A stretch of DNA of 64,000 nt from Candidatus Hadarchaeales archaeon (GTDB taxonomy: Archaea; Hadarchaeota; Hadarchaeia; Hadarchaeales; Hadarchaeaceae): NCBI GenBank assembly GCA_038823825.1, contig JAWBCC010000001.1:133842-197841 (forward strand), in the 5' to 3' direction. Below, piece after piece: positions 21,501 through 30,587 of this stretch. The notes beneath the pieces are model-generated. The model was not told the origin of the DNA. It did no database searches and saw only the letters and a list, made by a program, of their open reading frames with translations. The translations under genes and the position numbers were made by a program. The first letter of the stretch is position 1. The number at the start of each line of letters is the position of its first letter.

Positions 21501-22016
21501 TATCGGATTCTGGAAGAGAATGGATGTGGCAACTTGAACCCTGAAGGAAACATTTTGCGGTCCACTCCATCCAAGAGTCACTGTCAGCGAACGAATTTCG
21601 GCGGAATTCTCAGGACTTTGCAGAGTTGGTATAACCGGTTCGTAGACAACTATTCTTCTAACGTCTGACCAGGAGCTGAAATCTTTTCCTTTTTCTGTTC
21701 TGACTCTCCAGTAGTAGGTACCCGGTCCAGGTAAGTGTAAGGAGACATTTCCGGTTTCTAAATCCTCGAATTCCATCAGAATCGCGGAAAAGTTCTGATC
21801 TTGGCTGATTTGTACCCTGTATTTCACTCCCTCCATAATCGCCCAACTGAGAGTAATCTGTTCGTTCTCTGTTTCGAGAAGATCGGGCGTGAGAACATAA
21901 GGCGGGGAGAGCGTGACTTTCCCTTTAGACATCAAATAAAAAGAACCGCTGATTGAAGCAGCGACACAAACCAGCGAAACGGCTATCGCAAGCCATTTCT
22001 CCAACGATCTCCCCAC
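18528..22016 (-). CDS. Multidomain surface protein. After an N-terminal signal/anchor it has 3 FN3-like repeats, an alkaline-phosphatase-superfamily type I phosphodiesterase / nucleotide pyrophosphatase-like domain, a GH13 alpha-amylase domain and a C-terminal starch-binding-like module
   Basis: AP-superfamily motifs (IITIDGCRPDIL.., ..VDSTGHSYGH.., ..IIVSDHGMT). GH13 regions (DVIYQIMTDRFANGDPSNDN, GFAAFRFDASKHV, FESHD). The C-terminal roughly 100 aa is a W-rich CBM-like beta domain. It overlaps the neighbouring giant gene convergently by 26 nt. Confidence 0.65.
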   Translation of the reverse strand: MGRSLEKWLAIAVSLVCVAASISGSFYLMSKGKVTLSPPYVLTPDLLETENEQITLSWAIMEGVKYRVQISQDQNFSAILMEFEDLETGNVSLHLPGPGTYYWRVRTEKGKDFSSWSDVRRIVVYEPVIPTLQSPENSAEIRSLTVTLGWSGPQNVSFRVQVATSILFQNPIVDNLVNTFSMQISLPSPGTYYWRVRIENAGRIGKWSSIWNFRVAVENIPPTLFLLLPENGSILTENTIFFTWVGENDASYLFQLSGLDDFSVPIENLLLAENSLILQLSPGVYFWRVARVVENVAREWSAIWTFTVLAENVQLQFGKHVIIITIDGCRPDILLEANTPYIDMLAENALYNWLGVTVYPSTTPVAHASLFTGAYPEDHCYETSGDTLEAETIFEVAESYGYRTALLDGKGGRIAGLERGVTWVKNDVDYRAIGDPYADIRVMENAIKIFIQHKPTLMFVLLPMVDSTGHSYGHESQQYRQAIERADAAIGILVENLKNLGLYENTILIIVSDHGMTGTNHGSIELGDMAIPIIVSGSGIEKRKVLGAEIVDIAPTVADLLRIRKPNKCRGISLFERRSDNIFDESDVIYQIMTDRFANGDPSNDNFGYGEYRPGNLFFYQGGDWQGIIDKLAYIKHLGVTAIWISSVHWNQWLDVPGNSAGYHGYWPYDFYKPEPHFGDLEKLKELVRKASDMGIAVVTEAIPNHTGDFLYDAPGTRRWRNRDETRSPELKPAPPFDNLQWYHNYGHIEDWDDPFQRIYHDLRGNIRQPNVWGGLDDLAQEIPEVKLELFKVYNYWKNEVGFAAFRFDASKHVPDNFRREFQENVGIPCFGESWYGDPSVLAQHWKDGPLWGFQDFPLMFAARDVFASEQSFDRISSILAQDINYPNPSRLVTSFESHDIERFLYVAGGDNQRLKLALTFLLTCRGVPSLFYGTEQGLSGGADPNNRGMMPSFNMTPIYLHIKRLNEIRQRYPAISRGPQYELYKETSVYAYRRVYQNEQAIVILNNSWSNRTLSISVPLPPGTELVNLLNTDDKVTVGSDGKITVSLSAKEGKIYSNVVRENYSRGAPPPQPTYSTTTIRVHYDVGWGNSIYIRGDTPPLSWSVGLPATWTEGNIWVWETNQIPDGQRFEFKPLINDERWSIGANYVGYGGQTIDVFPTF

Positions 22017-22112
22017 AATTTTGTGTTCAGATGTTCTATTAATCGTTTCGCAAAATTTTTCGCAGTTTACTCCATTTTTAAATAGGTTTAGCGGTTAGTT
22101 TTGTGGAGGATC
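22017..22112. promoter_or_regulatory. Divergent promoter region between the AP/GH13 surface gene and the glgA-glgB-GH57-malQ operon
   Basis: Spacer with tttttaaatagg TATA-like element about 30 nt upstream of the glgA ATG at 22113. Confidence 0.3.
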
Positions 22113-23276
22113 ATGAGAATAGGGGTATTGAGCTGGGAATCCCTTTACACGCTGCAGGTTGGAGGACTGGGAGTAGTCGCGACAAGGCTCTGCGAAGAGC
22201 TGGCAAAAGCCGGCCACGAGGTTTACATGTTCACGCGTGGAGCTCCCGGACAACCGAGCTACATGTACATAAACGGCGTGAACTATTACATCTGCGAATT
22301 TGATCCCGGTATGAACTGTGTGCAGTTTGCATATAACATGTCCATGTCGATGGTGAAAACTCTCCGGGAGGTCGAGAAATATGAGGGCAAGTTTGACATA
22401 ATTCACGGACATGACTGGATGGTTGTCGATGCGCTAGATAAACTCAAGAAAGAGGGATATCCCGCCGTGCTTACTTTCCATTCCACAGAATACGGAAGAA
22501 ATGGTTCAAAGTTTGGTGATTGGTGGGAATTCCGTGAAATCTCGAAGAAAGAGTGGTGGGGTGGACAGATCTCGGATGTGGTGACTACCGTCTCGAACGC
22601 GATGAAAGGCGAGTTGAACTGGTTATATAAAATTCCTATGAACAAAATCGAAGTAATACCTAATGCCGTCGATCCGGCAAAGTATCAGCTAAACGTAGAT
22701 CCGGCTGAAGTCAAAAAGAGATACGGAATAGATCCCTCCTCTCCCGTGATTCACTTTGTGGGCAGAATGGAATATCAGAAAGGACCGGATCTTCTCGTCG
22801 AGGCAATACCGAAAGTCTTAGAGGCCCATCCCCAAGCTAGATTCATATTTTCCGGGAGCGGTGGCATGAAGGGCTACCTCGAGCAGAGGGCCAGAGAACT
22901 GGGAATTTCGCATGCCACCAGATTTCTCGGTTTTGTTCCTTATCGCGAGTTTCTAGAAATATTGAACGCCTGCGATATCGTTTGCTTGCCGAGCAGAAAC
23001 GAGCCATTTGGGATAGCTCTCCTCGAAGCTTGGGCGGCCGGTAAGCCTGTTGTTGCAACGGATGTTGGGGGTTTGGGAGAGAATATAGAAAACTTTGTAG
23101 ATGGTGTAAAAGTATTTCCATGGCCTGAGTCTATTGCTTGGGGGATAAACTATCTGCTCGAGTCTGCAGACGGAAGGGAATTTGTGGCTCGTGGTGGAAG
23201 AGAAAAAGTTAAAAAGTTTTCATGGGCTAACTCTCTCGCTAAATTGCTCAAGGTCTATGAAAGAGTGCTCGGTTGA
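22101..23276 (+). CDS. glgA: Glycogen synthase (GT5, archaeal/ADP- or UDP-glucose type)
   Basis: [20 protein letters not shown].. N-terminus (KVGGL-type motif) and C-terminal GT-B motifs (..[28 protein letters not shown]). The true start is probably the ATG at 22113. Confidence 0.85.
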   Translation: MWRIMRIGVLSWESLYTLQVGGLGVVATRLCEELAKAGHEVYMFTRGAPGQPSYMYINGVNYYICEFDPGMNCVQFAYNMSMSMVKTLREVEKYEGKFDIIHGHDWMVVDALDKLKKEGYPAVLTFHSTEYGRNGSKFGDWWEFREISKKEWWGGQISDVVTTVSNAMKGELNWLYKIPMNKIEVIPNAVDPAKYQLNVDPAEVKKRYGIDPSSPVIHFVGRMEYQKGPDLLVEAIPKVLEAHPQARFIFSGSGGMKGYLEQRARELGISHATRFLGFVPYREFLEILNACDIVCLPSRNEPFGIALLEAWAAGKPVVATDVGGLGENIENFVDGVKVFPWPESIAWGINYLLESADGREFVARGGREKVKKFSWANSLAKLLKVYERVLG

Positions 23277-23280
23277 GAAA

Positions 23281-25194
23281 ATGGCAACCGTGAGGCACGA
23301 CGTCAGCCGCTTCACGGATTACGACATCTATCTCTTCAAGCAAGGAAATCATTTCAAGATATACGACAAACTTGGATGTCATCTGATGGAAGCAGACGGA
23401 GAAAAAGGTGCATACTTTGCTGTTTGGGCACCAAATGCTGAAAGGGTTTCCGTAATTGGAGATTTTAACGGTTGGAAGCCGGGCATCCATCCGCTAGCTC
23501 CGCGCTGGGATGCATCAGGGATCTGGGAAGGGTTCATTCCAGGTGTTAAGAAAGGCGATCTCTACAAATATCACATTGAGTCAAAGTTCGGTTATAAAGC
23601 AGACAAGGCGGATCCGGTAGGTTTTTACCATGAGGTTCCGCCGAAAACCGCCTCGATAGTTTGGGATCTTGACTACAAGTGGGGTGATGATGACTGGATG
23701 AGGGAGAGAAGTAAGAAGAACTCGTTGGATGCCCCGATTGCGATTTACGAGGTTCATTTGGGTTCTTGGAGACGAGTTCCGGAGGATGGCAACAGATTTC
23801 TGACCTACAGAGAGTCTGCCAAACTTCTTGCCGATTATGTCGAGGACATGGGCTTCACTCACGTTGAACTTCTTCCAGTAATGGAGCACCCACTCTATGG
23901 CTCTTGGGGATATGAAATCACTGGTTATTTTGCTCCGACATCGAGGTACGGAACACCACAAGATTTCATGTTTTTTGTGGATTATCTCCACCAGCGCGGT
24001 ATAGGAGTATTTTTGGATTGGGTTCCCTCTCACTTTCCGATGGACGGCCATGGTCTCTATTTCTTCGACGGAACACATCTCTATGAGCACGCAGATCCGA
24101 GAAAAGGGATTCATCCAGACTGGAAGACGGCAATCTTCAACTATGGTAGATATGAAGTGAGAAACTTTCTCATAAGCAGCGCTCTTTTCTGGCTTGACAA
24201 ATATCACGCTGATGGTCTGAGAATAGACGCCGTGGCGTCCATGCTTTATTTGGATTACTCCCGCAGAAACGGTGAGTGGATTCCAAATGAGTACGGGGGT
24301 AAAGAAAACCTAGAAGCGATATATCTCATCAGAAGATTGAATGAAATTGTTTACTCGAGCTTTCCAGATGTCCAGATGATTGCGGAGGAGTCAACCGCTT
24401 GGCCGATGGTCACCAGACCAACTTATGTTGGCGGTTTAGGCTTCGGAATGAAGTGGAAAATGGGTTGGATGCATGACACTCTCTTCTATTTCTCAAAGGA
24501 TCCAATCTATCGAAAATATCATCACGACCAGCTTACTTTCAGCATGTGGTATGCTTATACGGAGAATTTCATCCTTCCGCTTTCTCACGACGAAGTGGTT
24601 CACGGGAAGAGATCTCTTCTAGAGAAGATGCCGGGAGATGATTGGCAAAAGTTTGCCAATCTGAGGCTTCTCTATGCCTACATGTATTCCCATCCAGGAA
24701 AGAAGCTTCTTTTCATGGGAGGGGAGTTTGGTCAGAGACGGGAATGGAACCATGAAGAGAGTTTGGACTGGCATCTCCTTCAATATGAGAGTCATGCGGG
24801 AGTCCAGCGATGGGTCAGAGATCTCAACAAATTTTACAGATCTGAGCCAGCGATGCACGAGTTGGATTTTGACCTCCAAGGATTTGAATGGATAGATTTC
24901 AGTGACTGGGAGAAAAGCATAATATCATACATCAGAAAGGGAAAATCTACAGAAGACATAATACTGGTGGTTCTCAATTTCACTCCCGTTCCTAGGTATG
25001 ATTACCGGGTGGGTGTTCCGAGAGGAGGTTTCTGGGAAGAAAAGCTGAACAGCGACGCGAAAGAGTATTGGGGTTCTGGAGTTGGCAACCTTGGAAGGGT
25101 TCAGGCCGAAGAGACCCCATTTCACGGAAGACAATATTCTGTGCGTCTGACCCTTCCTCCGCTTGCTGCGATTTTCCTAAAATCTTCAGGGTGA
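23281..25194 (+). CDS. glgB: 1,4-alpha-glucan branching enzyme, GH13 (bacterial type)
   Basis: N-terminal CBM48-like region ([23 protein letters not shown]) and GH13 catalytic regions ([36 protein letters not shown]). Alternative upstream in-frame starts exist at 23182 and 23257, overlapping the glgA 3' end. Confidence 0.85.
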   Translation: MATVRHDVSRFTDYDIYLFKQGNHFKIYDKLGCHLMEADGEKGAYFAVWAPNAERVSVIGDFNGWKPGIHPLAPRWDASGIWEGFIPGVKKGDLYKYHIESKFGYKADKADPVGFYHEVPPKTASIVWDLDYKWGDDDWMRERSKKNSLDAPIAIYEVHLGSWRRVPEDGNRFLTYRESAKLLADYVEDMGFTHVELLPVMEHPLYGSWGYEITGYFAPTSRYGTPQDFMFFVDYLHQRGIGVFLDWVPSHFPMDGHGLYFFDGTHLYEHADPRKGIHPDWKTAIFNYGRYEVRNFLISSALFWLDKYHADGLRIDAVASMLYLDYSRRNGEWIPNEYGGKENLEAIYLIRRLNEIVYSSFPDVQMIAEESTAWPMVTRPTYVGGLGFGMKWKMGWMHDTLFYFSKDPIYRKYHHDQLTFSMWYAYTENFILPLSHDEVVHGKRSLLEKMPGDDWQKFANLRLLYAYMYSHPGKKLLFMGGEFGQRREWNHEESLDWHLLQYESHAGVQRWVRDLNKFYRSEPAMHELDFDLQGFEWIDFSDWEKSIISYIRKGKSTEDIILVVLNFTPVPRYDYRVGVPRGGFWEEKLNSDAKEYWGSGVGNLGRVQAEETPFHGRQYSVRLTLPPLAAIFLKSSG

Positions 25195-25201
25195 TGTTTT
25201 C

Positions 25202-27457
25202 ATGAAATACATTTGCATCCATGGTCATTTTTACCAGCCACCCAGGGAAAATCCATGGCTTGAGGAAGTTGAGACCCAAACTTCTGCGTATCCATATCAC
25301 GACTGGAATGACAAAATAAACTCCGAGTGTTACGCCCCCAACGCCTTTGCCCGCTTTATCGACGGAGATTTTGTGAGCAATTACGAATTCATGAGTTTTG
25401 ATTTTGGTCCAACCCTCTTGAACTGGCTGGAGAGGCATTCTCCAGAAGTTTATGAGAAGATCTTGAGCGCCGACGGAAAATCCCAAAAGAGATTTTCTGG
25501 CCATGGTTCGGCAATTGCTCATCCATATTTCCATGTGATTCTCCCTCTTGCCAATGACCTTGACAAGCGCACAATTGTTGCCTGGGGTGTGCGGGACTTC
25601 GAAAGAAGATTTGGCAGAAAACCTGAAGGAATGTGGCTTCCGGAAATGGCTGTGGATCTGAAGACTTTAGAAATCTTGGCTGATTTCGGGATAAAGTTTA
25701 CCATTCTCTCACCTCACCAGGCTAAAAGGGTGAAATATGCGGGCAAAGGGTGGCAAGAAACAGGTGGTAGAATTAATCCGAGAATTCCGTATGTCTGCAG
25801 ACTTCCATCAGGCAGGGAAATGTTCATTCTTTTCCGCGATGATGTTATTTCAAACGATGTCGCATTCGGCGGCCTAGCCAAAAACGGTCAAGAATTGGCT
25901 AAAAGACTGGAAAATTCTGTCTCAGATTCTGAAATCGTTTTGGTTGCCGTAGATGGAGAAACATTTGGTCATCACACGCCCTGCGGTTCTCGGGAACTCT
26001 CCAAGTGTGTAGAGGTCCTATCCGGGAAAGATAATGTACAGCTCACGATACCGGCTGAGTATCTAGAACATAATCCCCCTAGGGCGGAGGTAGAAATTCG
26101 CGAGAACACTTCTTGGAGTTGTTTCCATGGCGTGGAAAGATGGAGGAGAAACTGTGGGTGTAACACCGGCATGCATCCCAATTGGTCGCAGGAGTGGAGG
26201 GAGCCTCTGCGTAAGGCGATGGAATGGCTCAACAGGCATCTTATCGAAATATATGAGTGTTTTTCGTCGGAATATCTCAAGGATTCGTGGGCTGCCAGGG
26301 ATGATTATATTGAAATATTGGCGGATAGAAGCCCAGAAAACATTGAGAAGTTCTTCTCCAAGCACGCTCGCAGAAGATTGACCCAAGAGGAGAAGATCAA
26401 GGTTACTCTGCTGCTCGAAATGGAGAGGCAGGCGATGCAGATGTTTACAAGTTGTGGCTGGTTCTTCGATGACATCTCAGATATCTCGTCGATCCAAATA
26501 CTCTCACAAGCTTCTAGGGCGATGCAGCTGGCGAGGCAGGTTACGGGTATATATCTTGAGGGAAGCTTCTTGGAAATTCTAAAGGAAGCCAGAAGCAACA
26601 TTTCACAATTCGGAAACGGTTCCATGATATACCGCAATGTTGTGCTCCCCCTGAAGACCGATCTGAAAAGAGTTGCGGCAAATTTTGCTCTAATTTTCCT
26701 GCAGTCCGAATATCCAAATTCCTTCAAGTTTTATGTTTACAGAATTGAGAACAAGTTGCACAATGATGTTCAAAAGGACGGGCATAGGCTAGTGGCTGGC
26801 CGGATGAAGATCTCCAGCGAAGCAACCCTCGAGCAGGAGGAGTTAGACTTTGTTGCCTTGAGAAGCAACACTATGCTCGCCTGGATCTCCAAAGCTGGGA
26901 GCTGGAATCTAGACGGAATTCTCGAGCTTTTCTTAGAGAATGGGGCGGGTGCTGTTATCAGCTATTTCCGCAGATCTGGGGAAAGGGAGCACACCATTTC
27001 TGAACTGTTCGACGAGGAGCGAAGAGAGATGTTCACACGTCTTCTCGATTCAGAGCTTCTCATGGAACTCCGAAAATCTCTCATGAGGTTGAAATTTGTC
27101 GAGCAGGGATTTCTCTCCGGAGTTCGTCTGTTGTGGCTACTCGCTCTTCTTTCTGAACTGAGGGGAGCAGTGGAAAAGCTAGATTTCGAGAAAGCAAGAT
27201 CTACACTCCTCGAGCTCCGGCAAGCCGGTTTTGAGCCATGCATAGAGCAGGTTTCTCTGATGAGACAAAAGCTTCGTGAGTTAATCGCATCCTCGGACGT
27301 AGAAAAGTTGGAAAAGATGATCGACCTACTCGACATGGTCCGACCAGGTGTTGACGAATGGCTGGTAAGAACTTTTGCCATTCGCAAGCTTCACACCGGA
27401 AGTTCCGGAAAAGAGGCTGAAATCCTGCGAAGGATACTGGGTGGTGGCATATGCTGA
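25202..27457 (+). CDS. GH57 family alpha-glucan-active enzyme (alpha-amylase / branching-enzyme-like) with a C-terminal helical domain
   Basis: N-terminus MKYICIHGHFYQPPREN.. is the GH57 hallmark; the catalytic region contains ..WLPEMAV.. and ..VDGETFGHH... The 751 aa length is consistent with GH57 proteins carrying a DUF1925/1926-like C-terminus. Confidence 0.8.
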   Translation: MKYICIHGHFYQPPRENPWLEEVETQTSAYPYHDWNDKINSECYAPNAFARFIDGDFVSNYEFMSFDFGPTLLNWLERHSPEVYEKILSADGKSQKRFSGHGSAIAHPYFHVILPLANDLDKRTIVAWGVRDFERRFGRKPEGMWLPEMAVDLKTLEILADFGIKFTILSPHQAKRVKYAGKGWQETGGRINPRIPYVCRLPSGREMFILFRDDVISNDVAFGGLAKNGQELAKRLENSVSDSEIVLVAVDGETFGHHTPCGSRELSKCVEVLSGKDNVQLTIPAEYLEHNPPRAEVEIRENTSWSCFHGVERWRRNCGCNTGMHPNWSQEWREPLRKAMEWLNRHLIEIYECFSSEYLKDSWAARDDYIEILADRSPENIEKFFSKHARRRLTQEEKIKVTLLLEMERQAMQMFTSCGWFFDDISDISSIQILSQASRAMQLARQVTGIYLEGSFLEILKEARSNISQFGNGSMIYRNVVLPLKTDLKRVAANFALIFLQSEYPNSFKFYVYRIENKLHNDVQKDGHRLVAGRMKISSEATLEQEELDFVALRSNTMLAWISKAGSWNLDGILELFLENGAGAVISYFRRSGEREHTISELFDEERREMFTRLLDSELLMELRKSLMRLKFVEQGFLSGVRLLWLLALLSELRGAVEKLDFEKARSTLLELRQAGFEPCIEQVSLMRQKLRELIASSDVEKLEKMIDLLDMVRPGVDEWLVRTFAIRKLHTGSSGKEAEILRRILGGGIC

Positions 27458-28929
27458 AGAGAGGAAGTGGAATTGTTTTACACGTATCTTCCTTACCTGC
27501 AGAATTTGGTGTGGGAGATTTTGGCTCCAAATGCCTAGAATTTCTGGATTTCTTAGCCGAGGCCGGTCAGAGGATTTGGCAGGTTTTGCCGCTTACGCCA
27601 ACAGATCCATCAACAGGGAATTCGCCGTACGTGAGCAGTTCCCTCTTTGCAGGAAATGAGCTTTTAGTTAGTCCAGAACTTTTGGCTCGCGATGGTCTTC
27701 TAGATCTCTCACAAATCTCCTATTTACCACACGGACCAGTCGACTATCAGACCGTCACAGATTTAAAGAGGAAAATCTTAGATAAGGCTTTCTCGAATTT
27801 TGGCGAAAAGAAGGAACTGGAAGAATTTGCTGGACAGAACTCCTACTGGTTGGAAGATTATGCGCTTTTCACGGTTCTCAAGCGGAAATTCGGGACTGAA
27901 TGGAGCAGATGGCCAAAGGAAGTTAGAGAGAGAAACTGGAAGGTTCTTCAAAGCATTAGACTCGAAAAACAGAAAGAAATAAAACGCGTGATTTTCGGTC
28001 AGTACATTTTCTTCAAGCAATGGGAAGAAATTAGGCGAAGGTGTAAAGAATTAGGGATAAAGATTTTAGGAGACATACCTATATATCCCGCATACGATAG
28101 CTGCGATGTCTGGGCTCATCCGGAACTCTTCAAACTTGACGAGAGGCTGCTGCCTACGCACATTTCTGGTGTTCCTCCAGATTATTTTTCCCCGACCGGA
28201 CAACTTTGGGGAACTCCCGTCTATAGGTGGTCGGAACACGAGAAAGATGGTTTCGCCTGGTGGTTATCTAGAGTAGAGCATGCCTTGAAACTCTTTGATT
28301 TGGTCAGAATAGATCACTTTAGGGGTTTGGTGGCGTACTGGGAAGTAGAAGCTGGACAGACGACAGCGATCAACGGCAGATGGGTCCCAGCTCCAGCAGA
28401 GAAACTTCTCAGTCGTGTCAAACAGAAATTCCCTGAAATGCCGTTTGTAGCTGAGGATCTGGGCGTGATAACCTCAGATGTCGTTGAGGTCATTAAAAAA
28501 TTCAACTTACCCGGGATGAGAGTCCTGATCTTTGGATTCGGTGACGATTTTCCAGAGAGCATTCATTTACCTCACCGCTTTGACGAACACTGTTTGGCGT
28601 ACACGGGGACCCACGATACGAACACCGTTCGAGGCTGGTTTGAGAATGAAGCGAATCCTCAAGTTAGGAGCAGAGTTTTCCATTACTTGAGAAAGGAAGT
28701 AAAATCAGATGAGCTCCCCTTCGAGTTCATCAAATTGGTCATGTTTTCCAGAGCTCTAGTCTCAATGATTCCTGCCCAAGATCTGCTTGGACTCGGAAGC
28801 GAGGCGAGAATGAACGTTCCCGGAACGGCGAGCGGAAATTGGAGGTGGAGGCTTTTACCTGGACAGCTGACGAGAGAACTTGCAAAGAAACTTAGAGAGC
28901 TAACCGAATCTGCAGGCAGAACGGGTTAA
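27451..28929 (+). CDS. malQ: 4-alpha-glucanotransferase (amylomaltase, GH77)
   Basis: GSGIVLHVSSLPAEFGVGDFG.. N-terminus, ..RIDHFRGL.. and ..FVAEDLGVIT.. match GH77 conserved regions. It overlaps the upstream GH57 gene by 7 nt. Confidence 0.85.
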   Translation: MLKRGSGIVLHVSSLPAEFGVGDFGSKCLEFLDFLAEAGQRIWQVLPLTPTDPSTGNSPYVSSSLFAGNELLVSPELLARDGLLDLSQISYLPHGPVDYQTVTDLKRKILDKAFSNFGEKKELEEFAGQNSYWLEDYALFTVLKRKFGTEWSRWPKEVRERNWKVLQSIRLEKQKEIKRVIFGQYIFFKQWEEIRRRCKELGIKILGDIPIYPAYDSCDVWAHPELFKLDERLLPTHISGVPPDYFSPTGQLWGTPVYRWSEHEKDGFAWWLSRVEHALKLFDLVRIDHFRGLVAYWEVEAGQTTAINGRWVPAPAEKLLSRVKQKFPEMPFVAEDLGVITSDVVEVIKKFNLPGMRVLIFGFGDDFPESIHLPHRFDEHCLAYTGTHDTNTVRGWFENEANPQVRSRVFHYLRKEVKSDELPFEFIKLVMFSRALVSMIPAQDLLGLGSEARMNVPGTASGNWRWRLLPGQLTRELAKKLRELTESAGRTG

Positions 28930-30296
28930 TCGTTTGATCCTTCAAGTGCTTTAAGAACCCGAAAGACATCAAGTTCGCCGAGGGGTTTTCCTTGAACCTG
29001 TAGGCCCACTGGTATTCCGTCTACTTCTCCTACTTTCACAACACCTCCGCATATTCCGGCTAAATTTGCCGGAACCGTCAGATAGTCGTAGCTATACATC
29101 TCCATTGGCGCAAGTTTGGTTCCGAGTCTATGTGGAAGTTTTGGAACAGTCGGGCCAACGATCACGTCAACATTACTGAGAACGCGCATCAGCTCTTCTT
29201 TTATTATCGTTCTGACTTGAAGAGCCCGCTGGTAGTATTTCCCCCGGTATTCCTTGCGACTTATGTATGAACCGCGTCTTATCCTTCGTAAAACTTCCTC
29301 GCCGCAGACTTCTTCTATTCTTTTTCCGTACTTTCTTCCGTCAAACTTCCTAGTAGCCGAAAAAAATTCGACGGAGACGATGAGATAATATGCCGGTAAA
29401 GCTTTCTCGAGATTTGGAAGGTCTACCTCTACGATTTCCGCTCCGAGATCTCTTAACCTTTCAACTGCTCCATCGATGACTTCCATTATCCGCTCATCCG
29501 TGAGAAGGCGGAATTTTTCACTCACGCCGATTTTCATGCCTTTTATGTCGTCAGTCAACTTTCCCAAATATTGAACTTTTTTGACATCGAGCATCATACA
29601 TTCTTTCTCATTTTTTCCTGCCATGACTTCCAGAAGAAGCGCGGCCCCGTCGACGTCAGTAGCGAGCGGTCCTATTTGATCGAGACTCATGCCCAGATCT
29701 ATCAAGCCATGTCTGGGAACCAGTCCATACGTTGGCTTTATCCCAACGATTCCACAGTGGCTTGCGGGATTTCTTATTGATCCGCCAGTGTCTGTCCCGA
29801 GGGCCAGATCGCAGAATTCCGCCGCAACCGCCGCTGCACTCCCGCTGCTCGATCCTCCGGGTATCCTGCCGGGTGCTGAGGGGTTATCTGTCGGACCGAA
29901 TGCGCTGCTTTCTCCGCTCGATCCGCAGGCGAACTCATCCATGTTGGTCATCCCTATGATGATCCCATCCTCTCTCTTGATTCTTTTGATGACCTCCGCA
30001 TCGTAGGGACAGACGTAATCCTCAAGCGTTTTCGATGCGCATGTTGCTCTGAGACCCAAAACATTTATGTTTGATTTGACGGCTATCGCCAGCCCGGCCA
30101 GTTTACCGATCTTTTCACCTCTTTTTATTTTTTCGTCGATTTTCCTAGCCTCTTCAATGGCATTTGGGTTGATTTCTATGAACGCGTTTATTTTTCCGTT
30201 TAGCTTTTCAATCCTCTCGAGGAATTCTAGAACATTTTCCTCGGCAGAGATCTCCCCATTCCTAATTTTTTCCAACTTCTCTAGCGTTCTACCCAA
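28926..30296 (-). CDS. gatA: Glu/Asp-tRNA amidotransferase subunit A (amidase signature family)
   Basis: Amidase signature GGSSSGSAAAVAA.., Ser-cisSer-Lys context and about 456 aa length. GatC lies immediately upstream with a 16 nt overlap. Confidence 0.85.
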   Translation of the reverse strand: MGRTLEKLEKIRNGEISAEENVLEFLERIEKLNGKINAFIEINPNAIEEARKIDEKIKRGEKIGKLAGLAIAVKSNINVLGLRATCASKTLEDYVCPYDAEVIKRIKREDGIIIGMTNMDEFACGSSGESSAFGPTDNPSAPGRIPGGSSSGSAAAVAAEFCDLALGTDTGGSIRNPASHCGIVGIKPTYGLVPRHGLIDLGMSLDQIGPLATDVDGAALLLEVMAGKNEKECMMLDVKKVQYLGKLTDDIKGMKIGVSEKFRLLTDERIMEVIDGAVERLRDLGAEIVEVDLPNLEKALPAYYLIVSVEFFSATRKFDGRKYGKRIEEVCGEEVLRRIRRGSYISRKEYRGKYYQRALQVRTIIKEELMRVLSNVDVIVGPTVPKLPHRLGTKLAPMEMYSYDYLTVPANLAGICGGVVKVGEVDGIPVGLQVQGKPLGELDVFRVLKALEGSND

Positions 30297-30523
30297 GTCG
30301 CAACCTCCACCCGGATATTACCTTCTTCATCTTTTTTCGGTGCTATAGAGAGAAATCTTTTTCTGAATTCTGCGAGTTTTTCCTTGTTCGGTGGAGCATC
30401 TTCTCTTGTTGTGTTATACATCTCGTAACTGTAGTAAGTTTCCTTGGTCTCCGGTAGATCTCGCACCGCCTGCAAGAAGGATTGAATTATCTCCTCCGCG
30501 GCCTTTTCGATGTCTTCGCTCAT
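30281..30523 (-). CDS. gatC: Glu/Asp-tRNA amidotransferase subunit C
   Basis: 80 aa acidic helical protein directly upstream of and overlapping gatA, with C-terminal ..NIRVEVATWVER resembling the GatC tail. Confidence 0.6.
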   Translation of the reverse strand: MSEDIEKAAEEIIQSFLQAVRDLPETKETYYSYEMYNTTREDAPPNKEKLAEFRKRFLSIAPKKDEEGNIRVEVATWVER

Positions 30524-30587
30524 CTGATAAACTTCTGTTCACCAATAAAAAACGATGATTTAAGGGTGTAGGAAGGAGTTTTACTTG

